From assembly GCA_023133185.1 (NCBI GenBank), contig JAGLWX010000067.1, forward strand, positions 1 to 39,662: a stretch of 39,662 nt of DNA, given 5' to 3'. This DNA comes from Fidelibacterota bacterium. GTDB taxonomy: Bacteria; Fidelibacterota; UBA2242. The translations under genes and the position numbers were made by a program. Position 1 is the stretch's first letter, and every line of letters starts with the position of its first letter. Under the pieces are notes generated by a model. The model saw only the letters and a list, made by a program, of their open reading frames with translations. It did no database searches and was not told the DNA's origin. Shown here in pieces: positions 29,601-35,430 of this stretch.

Positions 29601-32357
29601 GACGGCGAAGTCCGGGTAAGAATCGAGCCTGATGATGGCTGGGGAACCGGCAGAAGTGATACAGTAATTTTTCATCTTGACAATAACCTGCCGCCGGTAA
29701 TATCTCTGGATGAGATTACAGATGAGCAGCACGATATTGTGGAATTAGCATTTACAAGCACAGATGACGAATCGGATTCTTTGACAATTATTCCCCTTTT
29801 CAGCAAAGATAATGGCGCCAATTGGGATAGCGCATCCTATTCTTTTTCATCCAAAGCCAATGGAAACAGTTCAAATGAATTACATGAAATTGCGATAAAT
29901 GACAGAAAGATCTTCCAGGGAAAATCTCTGATAGAAAAGGGCGCTCGGAATATGGTCTGGTATTCCGGGGATGATATTCAGAACGAAGATATTGACAATA
30001 TGCTTTTCAGATTAGACGTATATGATAATGACCGCGGCTCAAGCGATACTATCACCTTTCATCTCGACAATTTTCAAAATCACTCCATCGCTCTTATGCC
30101 TTTCACCGATGAGCAATCGGGCGATGTCGCTATTTCCTATATAATTAACGATACAACAGGCGATCGAATAAATCTCAGTGTTGATTACAGCCTTGATATG
30201 GGCAATACATGGCAATCGCCGAGCATTACGGATGATCTCAATAATATCATTGATTATGATAACTCATTCACCTGGAATTCTGCTACTGAGACGGAAGGAA
30301 TGGATAATGAATCGGTCTTCATTCGTGTTATTTCTGATGATAGCTGGGAGTCTGGCAAAGGTGATACCGTGGAATTTCACCTCGATAATAACCTTCCGCC
30401 GACTGTTGTGTTATCAATACCGCAAACAGAACAACATTTCGATATTACGGATGGATATTTTGAATACAACGATGTGGAAGACGATTCCATCTCTTTCAAC
30501 TTATTCTACTCAATTGACGGCATCAATTATCTGCAACCCGATACGCAAGATGTGGTGCATGATGAAATTAACAATAGAGTGGATTTTACCTGGAAAACGC
30601 AGACGGACTTACCGGATACGGAACTTACAGATGTGATTTTTAAAGTAACTATTTCCGATAATGATCCGGGAACTCCGGATTCCACTTTAAATCTCCATAT
30701 TGATAATGATCAAGGGAAAATTATTTTAACTGAATTGCCGGGCGAACAGACCGGTGAAATAAAAATTCCCTACAACATTCAGGAATCAGGTAATGATACA
30801 CTGTCGCTGCAAGCCTTCTATCGCTTGAAAGACGCCAGTGATTGGGTTGTAGCCACGCTTGCTGAAACCGGTGATATCCTGCCCGCCATGTATGATTCGG
30901 TTATCATCTGGCAGAGCGATGTGGATTTACCTCATCAATGCCTGGAAGAAGTTGCAATCCGTGTAATTCCGGCTGACTATTGGGGCGCTGGTAAAGCAGA
31001 TACAATAACATTGGATATTGATAATGAGATTGGTCCGGTTGTGACTTTCCACAGTCCCTATTCCCTGGATCAGGATACATCCGGCTGGAAGGAATCGATC
31101 TTTGTCATTTTCGACCACGATATTGATACAAATACCGTTTATGGTCAAATATCGATCAACAGTCAGGTAGTGGGCGCTATGTCCCATCAATTATATTTTA
31201 TCAGCAAGACTGAGCTGGAAATAATCCCCGATGGTTTTTACGGGTCACTCGATACGATTACGGTTGCTTTAAGCGCCGGGATTACCGATGAGTTTGGTAT
31301 TCCTCTCGATGGAAACCTTAACGGCGATCCCGCTGGCTCACCGGCAGATGATTATTCGTTTCAATTCAGGACTGCCCTGTTAGGCGATTATGATACCGAT
31401 GGTGATGTTGATCTTGTGGATTTTTATACTTTACGTGACGCCTGGACTGCGGAACCGCCCGATTACAGTAAGGAACTGGGTCCTGTGACAGGCACATTGC
31501 CTCAATACGTTCTCACACCGGATAACCAGTTCAATTTAAAAGACTTGTTGGTGCTTATTTCCGCCTGGAACTGGACCTTTGATCACTCCTATAATACCTT
31601 TGCCTCCTTTGGTCTGGCAAAATCGATTTCCAATGAACAATCACCGATTTCACTAATCACCAATTATGAAAAAGATGGTAAATGGAATGCCGCGATGCAA
31701 TCGGGGCTTGCCCTTGAATTGAATGTGAATCTGAAAGACGCCTGTATCGGTTCTGAGATGGTCATTCGTTATGATCCGGAAATATTGGAGTATAACCGGT
31801 TTGTGCCCTTGAATATCGATAAAGAATCGGGTGACTGGATTGTGTTGGATCGCCATGACCCTGAAGAAGGGTTAATCCTGGTAACCGTATTTAAGATGGG
31901 CAATGTGGATTATGATATCAGCGCCTTTAAGTCTATCGGTCGTCTTGATTTTACCACAAAACAGAACACCTTCACCGAGGTAGAATATTTGACAAATCTC
32001 TGTATGGAAACAGCTGATACCATCTATTTTGCAAAGCAACATAGTTCATATTCATTTGAAACCAGTCCGCCGGTTCCAGCCCGGTTTGCATTACATCAGA
32101 ATTTCCCGAATCCTTTTAACCCAATAACCACTATCCGATACGAATTACCAAAGGAATCGGAAGTTCGTCTGGCGATTTTCAACCTGAACGGTGAAATCGT
32201 GAAGGATTTGGTTCATGAACAAAAGCAACCCGGATATTATGAGGTACGCTGGGACGGTACAACTAATTCGGGAACGCTGGTTTCATCAGGAATTTATTTC
32301 TATCGGGCCCAGGCAGGCAGATATGTGAAGACCAATAAGATGGTGTTGATGAAATAA
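17643..32357 (+). CDS. Giant (4904 aa) multidomain secreted surface protein with T9SS C-terminal sorting domain
   Basis: Uninterrupted ORF with a signal peptide. Approximate domain order is as follows. About five right-handed beta-helix modules lie at 17730-22285 (GGGIYC, NNTA repeats; DLDGNPRP..RPDMGAYE). They are separated by conserved NYWG..LDAPWPDG linkers. A LamG/ConA-like domain is at ~22850-23480 (LLLHFNEGEG..LSFDGSDDYA..DELRISN). Two Fn3 domains are at ~23500-24170. An 8-blade PQQ/BamB-like propeller is at ~24268-25530 (GKVYAVD, NKVYALN..). An SbsA/Big_5-like Ig domain is at ~25540-25860. FG-GAP/VCBS repeats are at ~25900-26900 (DLNGDGYLDMV, DIDNDGDPDI, DVDGDGYLDL). The 12 Asp-box Ig-like repeats span 26919-31037. 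A second Big_5-like domain, a dockerin, a cohesin-like domain and the CTD FALHQNFPNPFNPITTIRYELP..GIYFYRAQA..KMVLMK complete the protein. Confidence 0.92.
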   Translation: MIPIKRIITITTIIFGLNLLILQTARAQGNRIDVPADYSAIQSAIDASTNGDTVLVQPGTYVENINFNGKNIVVGSLTLTTGDTSYISQTVIDGNQNGSVVTFNNSEDSTAVLSGFTITNGYASGNDDRESRGGGIYCGYYAATDPNPTLMNLIIKNNTATQHGGGVAIDVANVNLKNIKIINNTAESEGGGIYCRDANNTYISNALISGNTAHRHGGIRCENSDPVLNNVTITNNTGSDGGGIGCRYYSDPVLINTIVWNNLPNNVYFILDYPENSITFSYSDIQGGQDSIVTNDNGSVIWLSGNIDLYPQFVDSANGDYRLADTSPCIAMGTNSIEIDGTTYTAPTIDLDGNPRPMPAGTRPDMGAYENQTAYPDTTYITGGTISTDSTWSKARSPYVISGDVTLANGATLSIEPGVKIYFKANHDDQNSGSNNNLSELRINDGWLKANGTDTDSIVFTSRSSNPNDGDWGGIRLNSSQRDSLQYCVIEYSGIGLFFNSNALIKHCRISHSPEPGIAVAQNSNTSVDTTIISNCNISNNQGNGVSFAGSNPLKLQKSKIYANQANGIYIGWDSPTEFYLIQFNNIHSNSGFDIYNAVHGDIDARYNYWGTTATAEMSTTPELHNISTIHDYFDDNSLGTVDYSQFLDAPWPDGEPVFPDTTYITGGTITQDSIWTKARSPYKVLQDLTINNGAILTIEGGVEVIIATNTNPEDPGISIIIANGSINMESDQSNLIRFVTEDSTYMPTDGNSGLGWRGLSYWNSVADVHDCIIENANTGIQILADSFHVARTIFTNCFAAMHISSHNSGFNNGSIRNVTISKMTNPPGEPSDSPIEIYAPGNVSIEYSNIESINNSQYSDIDAKYNYWGTTATAEMSTTPELHDISTIHDYFDDNSLGTVDYSQFLDAPWPDGEPVFPDTTYITGGTISQDSTWTKALSPYVISGDVVVGNGATLTIEPGVEVLFVYRTDAMASGAHLDLIEITINANSRLIANGTESDSIFIRSRSNPEQICGWGAIYLNSDSNEINYTKIENAYKALFVNGAVKMYNSYINNCAFGIYKELNDNFDIKYCTFSNNYDADIWMNGIYGDEQIQNNNFYSLIAIYINYYTNDVLSATNNYWGSVSTSEISEGNNPKNISSIHDKYDDLQMGLVDYSHWLDAPWPDGQPVGGTYGAELLITNYEFTNEMLTYHSGDSIFIQITDPDRNSDDIIPDQLTLDIWSETETTHETLTLNETDLATGIFRGWIKLDDATGVPFPDGQLQLSHGDWMYFQYIDPADDWGNVDTLLDGRVFELTVKNGYALADDETWTLSNEPYLITGDIQIYTFKTLTIDPGVRIYVLPYHDDFQVNYETNLSDIEVNDGTLNAVGTISDSIIFSPYSITIHPNMWRGIIFTGSENTNGEIRYCRIEGAVRGVDIEGNSPIISHSNIRNNEQGVWISGNWSSDVPRDNSKIKSCNISKNEHGIYVVGSTTIKDNVIKDNKYGIFLGQGGFPVSITGNTLSNNECTSLYVRPIDVSEVIFSNNNIPYNGGNSVIDYYSQEELIAKYNYWGTATTSEMNSGSNPKNIFAILDKFDDQSRGIVNYSRWLDAPWPDGTPAPGGYTGEMNFIYSDGSDAWGYNEGDTLYVKLYDPDLNTDINTPEYATVEVWSQLENVPEMLNLNEVDADTGLFIGWMLCDSQTGFAMTDGVLQVDQGNRVWVQYTDAVDDWNNQNTTTQDSVTYDFRIREYESDENTVLLLHFNEGEGQLLNDASDFSNNGQLGPSVNQDSQDPVWIAGINDFGLSFDGSDDYAFVNHIDKYNLTDLTIDFWIFSDASMGNWGCIVSKENNDSPLAWPFSIHIESSSGRVMHNFSVDVGGHHSFTSEKSIKEVGWHHVRVVRNDTLKTVKIYIDQILDNTWNYNGTIDQNDQIIGIGSNPTGGGWGFPFKGLIDELRISNIARTSFDYEYTENPPGKVSDLAVIDSTSQSITLQWHAPGADNYTGTCDLYDLRISTSLIDSANFASASPVSCFLSPSSAGTLQSFMVDSLNYATTYYFALKAKDDEGLWSPISNVVAGHTEPKDETPPGTISDLAQSSVSKRSAIITWTAPADDGQSGRPISGYTVYYATFPINGTNFMTADSLAPLHLSPLFPGVAIFDTLTNLLPNTLYYAAVRSYDEVPNWSALSNVLQLTTAAVPVIADVTFPMNAYDAQRSRSVPYNGATLGTFRWTFNTGAAVSSSPVIDNDGTVYVGSEDGKVYAVDPGGNQLWSKSLGEGVFAAPCIGTENHLFVTCKNNKVYALNKTTGDTLWTYTTGGQIYSSPVISSFGYLYVGSLDNKVYALTSDAGDLVWTFTGSGKFYASPALTIDESKLIIGDQSGKLYALNPHTGEKLWEYPANSAIYANAAVDSTGNIYFGAQNGRLYCLSSIGAYKWDYNTGGAIFYASPTLGYASVSTKASMVNDATDMLKSFKKVDTGNRNQETGIRKRESGNWKLETGKSINRKAAMRNDNTLLKSKDQSTAKIPSSGLRSSVSGLLSPVSSISGSSADVIYIGSDGQKLHAVNASTGANIWSYTTLGNIRNGAVLSANGFLYFGSSDDLLYCIKTDGSRRWAYKTGGDLYTSNPAMGLDGAVYIGCYDNKLYAVGEYLEVVDPVVVSTYPAMNSCTMPVDTTIRVKFNTIINMFTVDENSFYVYGKQHGRYSGTYAWSAADSAVVFTSNDNFFYGEEITVLLTDGIRSVSGGNYQNLRITFYTKPIPQNETLSSTPSWVTSEIFNNEDIALADLNGDGYLDMVALRGYDEPRPSLYIYLNAGGYFNQTATYSIFVDAHGLIDVVDIDNDGDPDISFYSNENSRIEIYKNTSGFLSMTPQIINARGFYSWGDLNNDSYPDLAVKTDYNRIYLNNSGTIESDPVWSEYTGEAYHAERCIWVDYDSDGDQDILFGLKLYRNNNGTVGTVVYQLGAGLPNGETQDYAVGDIDRDGYPEIGLASPVYPSSSKVYKYNGIDAFTEIWSSSHGTSRSIEFVDVDGDGYLDLYLGTFGSKGRENYTQDVVYLNHSGEISTVPDWATDEVTNTLKSAWGDIDRDGDMDLALVSNTQIREPIYVYFNHLEWRFNVSIDEMTQPEYSGTFAVPYTIDNPGNNSTSLICRYSTNNGTTWNIPTTVSDTTDIGSSGYEGTIAWQSAVDLPGLDIEDVVFAITPWDNANTGKSDTVHIHVDNNLPPTVDMVAISGEQSGDIPITVNYNDAENDTLTLTVEYAEVGDQNWLAASVDADINALTGSSLALTWNTLTDLPDMSGAYRFRVTARDKDQGVPDTLAIRIDNYHKQSISLSISESPVRDTLDINYSITDPTNDTLRLICRYAVNAQFDDKASSTKSGLIGNDPVSGTGRFPTKSAKKGKPFKSSKSAESVEIVNPVPISRDSYGISPVKGITSAEWHLPYIVSDTLQITPDEYSGILQWYTHYNLPGMDIDTVVLTIHPDDYWAVGTGDTLIFELDNNRSPVASISPIAGEESDSVTIHYSITDTEGDQASIYCEFKRKYELNWHPATVFGDTVNLATGDHSLIWLSSNDVPAYVGHVIFRITPKDNDQGEATSIEILIDQVGAPMVTALSVGSADEYSGDISVAYVITDDESDAVDLSVEYSLSDGQGWQTATVGGNVTGITPENYTGSFVWHSVTDAAGVDSPAVCLRVTPSDGHSGGALISEAFHLDNNEAPEIALNVEYTELNGMIDLPYVITDAESDSIRMKLQYSSDKMNSWNDCTLESDSIIGADEYSGSASWNSVTDLPGIDIDSLFVMLQCFDNDSGNIDTAMLHIDNNAVPVVEIAPLMTEQHDTVIIQYTVFDEESDQLTVNASFSYDNGQNWSSSTLSAGGKNSVGGKLETGGQLVWNSFTDLPDTNCQDLMFRIRVFDNDEGIDDTITFDLDNYQLQSIDIADITEEQRDTVTFDITLTDESNDTSDLNIAYSIDGGIDWLESIAIDGEMNNYLPGNFQLQWSSMDDLPGFDGEVRVRIEPDDGWGTGRSDTVIFHLDNNLPPVISLDEITDEQHDIVELAFTSTDDESDSLTIIPLFSKDNGANWDSASYSFSSKANGNSSNELHEIAINDRKIFQGKSLIEKGARNMVWYSGDDIQNEDIDNMLFRLDVYDNDRGSSDTITFHLDNFQNHSIALMPFTDEQSGDVAISYIINDTTGDRINLSVDYSLDMGNTWQSPSITDDLNNIIDYDNSFTWNSATETEGMDNESVFIRVISDDSWESGKGDTVEFHLDNNLPPTVVLSIPQTEQHFDITDGYFEYNDVEDDSISFNLFYSIDGINYLQPDTQDVVHDEINNRVDFTWKTQTDLPDTELTDVIFKVTISDNDPGTPDSTLNLHIDNDQGKIILTELPGEQTGEIKIPYNIQESGNDTLSLQAFYRLKDASDWVVATLAETGDILPAMYDSVIIWQSDVDLPHQCLEEVAIRVIPADYWGAGKADTITLDIDNEIGPVVTFHSPYSLDQDTSGWKESIFVIFDHDIDTNTVYGQISINSQVVGAMSHQLYFISKTELEIIPDGFYGSLDTITVALSAGITDEFGIPLDGNLNGDPAGSPADDYSFQFRTALLGDYDTDGDVDLVDFYTLRDAWTAEPPDYSKELGPVTGTLPQYVLTPDNQFNLKDLLVLISAWNWTFDHSYNTFASFGLAKSISNEQSPISLITNYEKDGKWNAAMQSGLALELNVNLKDACIGSEMVIRYDPEILEYNRFVPLNIDKESGDWIVLDRHDPEEGLILVTVFKMGNVDYDISAFKSIGRLDFTTKQNTFTEVEYLTNLCMETADTIYFAKQHSSYSFETSPPVPARFALHQNFPNPFNPITTIRYELPKESEVRLAIFNLNGEIVKDLVHEQKQPGYYEVRWDGTTNSGTLVSSGIYFYRAQAGRYVKTNKMVLMK
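24945..25226 (+). repeat. In-frame nucleotide-level inverted repeat (7/14-nt periodic arms) inserted in a propeller loop of the giant ORF
   Basis: The left arm is five tandem 14-mers at 25013-25082 (aggaaacaggaatc x2, aggaaaagggaatc, aggaaattggaaac, tggaaaccggaaag). The right arm, 25163-25225, has reverse complement gaagaac cggagat tgaggag acaggag acaggag accggag acggaag aacggag accggaa. The centre contains the tcgataaatcga palindrome (25083-25094). Confidence 0.8.
26919..31037 (+). repeat. Twelve tandem ~105-aa Asp-box-containing Ig-like domain repeats (protein-level repeat, diverged DNA)
   Basis: Repeat ends were mapped on DNN(L/A/E/R)xP or DN[YF]Q motifs. The units are 26919-27254, 27255-27566, 27567-28091, 28092-28403, 28404-28733, 28734-29051, 29052-29378, 29379-29696, 29697-30083, 30084-30401, 30402-30719 and 30720-31037. 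Each carries an S-x-D-x-G-x-x-W-type motif (YSLSDGQGW, SYDNGQNW, SIDGGIDW, SKDNGANW, SLDMGNTW). Confidence 0.85.
31383..31570 (+). other. Dockerin-like segment of the giant protein
   Basis: LGDYDTDGDVDLVDFYTLRDAW ... TPDNQFNLKDLLVLISAWNW. Confidence 0.6.
31640..32050 (+). other. Cohesin-like domain of the giant protein
   Basis: ALELNVNLKDACIGSEMVIRYDPEILEYNRFVPLN..GLILVTVFKMG..IGRLDFTTK. The IRYDPEILEY motif resembles the cohesin (F/I)RYDPxxLE core. Confidence 0.55.
32070..32354 (+). other. T9SS C-terminal sorting domain of the giant protein
   Basis: PVPARFALHQNFPNPFNPITTIRYELPKESEVRLAIFNLNGEIVKDL..GIYFYRAQAGRYVKTNKMVLMK. Confidence 0.8.
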
Positions 32358-32364
32358 TTTTGAT

Positions 32365-33450
32365 CTTTCTCTCATTCTGTCAGTTAAGATAAGCCAGCCC
32401 GATAACTCAACCCCTCATTCCGGCTTTTCAAAAGGCATTGATTTTGGCGCTCTCCCCTTCTCTTTGAAAGAGAAGGGGACGGGGGATGAGTTCTATTCTC
32501 CCATCTTGGGCTATTTCGCCATAGGATTAACCCGCCAATTTATTGGTGGGAATACGATACCACCATACCCGACCCAGGATAACCGTTTCAACGGTTTAAT
32601 AATGGAAAACCCCAACGAATCGTAGCAAACCGATAAATCGGTTCGTAGAGGTGGTGGTTGTGACACCGTATTCCCCACGCTAAAGCATGGGGCTACTCCT
32701 AATCGAGATTCATTAAAAAACTCGCATAGGACTAACCCACCAATTTATTGGTGGGATATAAACGCCACAACGCCTCCCGATAACAACCGTTTCAACGGTT
32801 TATTACCTAACCATGATGGATCGGGATGGATATGTACCACCACACCAATCCCTATATATAAAACCGATAAATCGGTTCGGCATTTCGACGAATCGGGGTG
32901 ATGATGAGTCCACCCCTCTCTCTCAGCACACTTCAGTGTATTTTCTCCCGTTCCGTCAGTTAAGACACAGGCTACAGAGCAGAGCCCTGTAGCCAGCCCG
33001 ATAACTCAACCCCTCATTCCGGCTTTTCAAAAGGCATTGATTTTGGCGCTCTCCCCTTCTCTTGCAAAGAGAAGGGGTCGGGGGTTGAGTTCATTATTTC
33101 TCCCCTACACAATCCTCTTCCAAAAAAGGGACGGGGGTTGAGTTCTATTCTCCCATCTTGGGCCATTTCGCCATAGGATTAGCACCATGCTTTAGCATGG
33201 TGTGAGAGAGAGAATGAGTACCCCTTCAACGCACTTCAGTGTATTTTCTCTCGTTCCGTCAGTTAAGACACAGGCTGCAGAGCGGAGCTGTAGCCCGATA
33301 ACTCAACCCCTCATTTCGGCTTTTCGAAAAGCATTGGTTTTGGCGCTCTCCCCTTCTCTTGCAAAGAGAAGGGGTCGGGGGTTGAGTTCATTATTTCTCC
33401 CCTACACAATCCTCTTCCAAAAAAGGGACGGGGGATGAGTTCTATTCTCC
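32365..33450. repeat. Repeat cluster: 3' trailer copy 2 (32365-32702), a further H1-H2-H3 unit, and two more L-element copies (~32925-33180, ~33225-33450)
   Basis: Hairpins: 32454-32478 (ccccttctctttgaaagagaagggg), H1' 32531-32550, H2 32581-32596, H3 32628-32643, H4 32673-32692, H1 32736-32755, H2 32785-32800, H3 32862-32877. Further hairpins: ggctacag/ctgtagcc 32970-32994, ccccttctcttgcaaagagaagggg 33053-33077 and 33350-33374, caccatgctttagcatggtg 33183-33202. Confidence 0.85.
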
Positions 33451-33601
33451 CATCAACTAACAATCGAGAAGTCAGAGAGTGAACTCCTCATCCATTTAAC
33501 TTCACTAATATCTTCCTCATCGCACTTCAATACGTTTTTACCTGAAACTTTCATGACGTCTCATAGTTAAACGGTGTAAAAGTAACAGGAGAAAAAAGAA
33601 T

Positions 33602-35119
33602 ATGGATCGAAAAAGAATAACATTAATATCAGGTTCGTTATTGCTGGTGCTTCTGGGGATTGTTATCGGGCAGATGTTTTCTCAATCGAAGCCCGAACGG
33701 GTTGTGCTTTATGAAAATACCGAAAAGGAAAGTTCGCCGGCATTTATGCAGGCGTCATACGTTACCGCAGACAATTCAAGGCTTCCGTCTATAGTAGATT
33801 TAAATGAAGCCTTTGTCAATATCGCTGAAAACGTCAATCCGTCTGTTGTAACAATTATCACGACTAAAGTTGTCAAACTGCGCGGGAACCAGATGTTTCC
33901 CGGTTTCGACGATGATTTCTTTTACCGGTTCTTTGGCGTTCCACCGGAAGCTGAACGGCGCGGAACGGCGTTGGGATGCGGAGTCATTGTAGATAAAAAG
34001 GGTTACATTCTCACCAATAATCATGTTGTTGAACAAGGTACGGAAATTCTCGTCAGGCTTATTGATAATCGCGAATATGAAGCGGAGATTATCGGCACAG
34101 ATCCCAAGAGTGATCTGGCAGTGATTAAAATTAAAGCCGGTGATCTGAAACCGGTTATTCTGGGTGATTCCGATGCACTGCGGATCGGGGAATGGGTTCT
34201 GGCGATCGGCTCTCCGTTCTCCGATAATCTCGATCACACCGTGACTGCCGGAATCGTCAGCGCCAAAGGGCGCAGCAATATTATCAATTCCAGAAATTAT
34301 GAAAGCTTTATTCAAACCGATGCGGCGATCAACCCGGGTAATAGCGGCGGGGCGCTGGTCAATATCCATGGAGAACTTGTTGGCATTAATACCGCGATTG
34401 CCACGAGCGGTCAGGCAGTAGGGAATCTGGGAATCGGTTTTGCCATTCCAGTGAATCTGGCAAAAAAAGTAATGACTGATTTGATCAAACACGGAAAGGT
34501 CATCCGAGCTTGGCTCGGCGTCACAATTCAAAATATTGACGATCCAACGGCTAAGGCGATGAAATTAGAGAATCGCTCAGGTGTGCTTGTAGGTAGTGTG
34601 GTTAAAGATGGACCGGCGAAGAAATCCGGATTGAAGATTCAGGATGTTATAATTGAGTTCGATGGAATTAAAGTTAAAAACGTCAGCCACCTGCAGATAT
34701 TAGTCTCAAATTCCGAAGTCGGCAAAGAGAAAGAAGTCGTGATTATCAGGGGTAAAAAGAAAAAACGGATTAAAGTCAAATTAGAAGAGTTACCGGGTTC
34801 GATCGATCAGACGACAACACAAACCTTATCAAGTACAACAAAGCTGGGACTAGATGTAGAAGAATTAACCCCTTATCTTACCCGGCAATATAGAATTGAC
34901 CCAAATGAAAGTGGAGTAGTAATTACCCAAATCGAAAAAGACAGTGAAGCCGCAAAGGCGCTTCGCCCAGGTGACCTGATCCAGCGAATTGGTGATATCG
35001 ATATTGAATCGATGGATGACTATAACATAGCTCTTGAAGAAGCCGCCGATGAATATATCTTAGTTCTGATTAAACGCCGGGATGCAACGTTTTTCATTAC
35101 GTTGAAGTTTGACGAATAA
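33602..35119 (+). CDS. htrA: Do/DegP/HtrA-family periplasmic serine endopeptidase with two PDZ domains
   Basis: 505-aa ORF with AGGAG SD and an N-terminal anchor. The catalytic His is in LTNNHVV, the Asp in SDLAVIKI and the Ser in NPGNSGGALVN. Two PDZ-like regions are present (GVLVGSVVKDGPAKKSGLKIQDVIIEFDG; GVVITQIEKDSEAAKALRPGDLIQRIG). Confidence 0.92.
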   Translation: MDRKRITLISGSLLLVLLGIVIGQMFSQSKPERVVLYENTEKESSPAFMQASYVTADNSRLPSIVDLNEAFVNIAENVNPSVVTIITTKVVKLRGNQMFPGFDDDFFYRFFGVPPEAERRGTALGCGVIVDKKGYILTNNHVVEQGTEILVRLIDNREYEAEIIGTDPKSDLAVIKIKAGDLKPVILGDSDALRIGEWVLAIGSPFSDNLDHTVTAGIVSAKGRSNIINSRNYESFIQTDAAINPGNSGGALVNIHGELVGINTAIATSGQAVGNLGIGFAIPVNLAKKVMTDLIKHGKVIRAWLGVTIQNIDDPTAKAMKLENRSGVLVGSVVKDGPAKKSGLKIQDVIIEFDGIKVKNVSHLQILVSNSEVGKEKEVVIIRGKKKKRIKVKLEELPGSIDQTTTQTLSSTTKLGLDVEELTPYLTRQYRIDPNESGVVITQIEKDSEAAKALRPGDLIQRIGDIDIESMDDYNIALEEAADEYILVLIKRRDATFFITLKFDE

Positions 35120-35124
35120 ATTTA

Positions 35125-35295
35125 TCTTAAGGTAAAAAATTACTTTAGTAAAATTTTCTTGAGGCTGAAGAAATGTCCTATCAAAGTTTGTAACCTCCCC
35201 TTTTTCCCCTCCTTGCCAAGGAGGGGATTATGGGGTGGTTAAAATATTTGCAAAATCAAAGAACATTACTTCACAGAACAAAACTTTTAAAAATC
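35125..35295 (-). repeat. MITE-like nested-hairpin element, copy 2 (inverted relative to 4086-4250)
   Basis: The reverse complement reads ttaaaagttttgttctgtgaagtaatgttctttgattttgcaaatattttaaccaccccataatcccctccttggcaaggaggggaaaaaggggaggtt..., matching 4086-4190 almost base for base. Confidence 0.75.
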
Positions 35296-35316
35296 TGTAT
35301 AATAACTGATGCCAAA

Positions 35317-35350
35317 GCGGGCTTCCGGAAACGGGAGCCCGTTCTGTTTT
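35317..35350 (+). terminator. Probable rho-independent terminator (GAAA-capped stem plus T-rich tail)
   Basis: gcgggcttccg-gaaa-cgggagcccgt followed by tctgtttt. It lies about 200 nt after the htrA stop and 80 nt before mtnP. Confidence 0.5.
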
Positions 35351-35430
35351 ATCCGTCTGAAATGTGTTGTATTTTGGTTGTTTATTTTTTTATCCCGGTC
35401 TAAATTTCAAAGTCATAATGAAAGGGCGAT

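Noticed and set aside
30178-30636. 152-aa + strand ORF in an alternative frame within the giant gene.
   Set aside because: It is embedded in repeats R10/R11 of the giant ORF, whose frame shows the conserved repeat motifs. The alternative-frame product has no protein-like features.
17643-32357. Diversity-generating retroelement or invertase-driven phase variation acting on the repeated modules of the giant gene.
   Set aside because: No reverse transcriptase, template repeat with adenine-specific differences, or site-specific recombinase gene is present in the window. Differences between repeated linkers are spread over all bases and are mostly synonymous.
33800-34531. 243-aa ORF antisense to the htrA-like gene. 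Other long antisense ORFs are 1099..1620, 14556..14990, 22197..22601, 29373..29732, 36646..37005 and 37273..37668.
   Set aside because: Each lies entirely inside a + strand CDS with strong family motifs. The antisense products have no recognisable motifs and low-complexity composition, so they are typical shadow ORFs.
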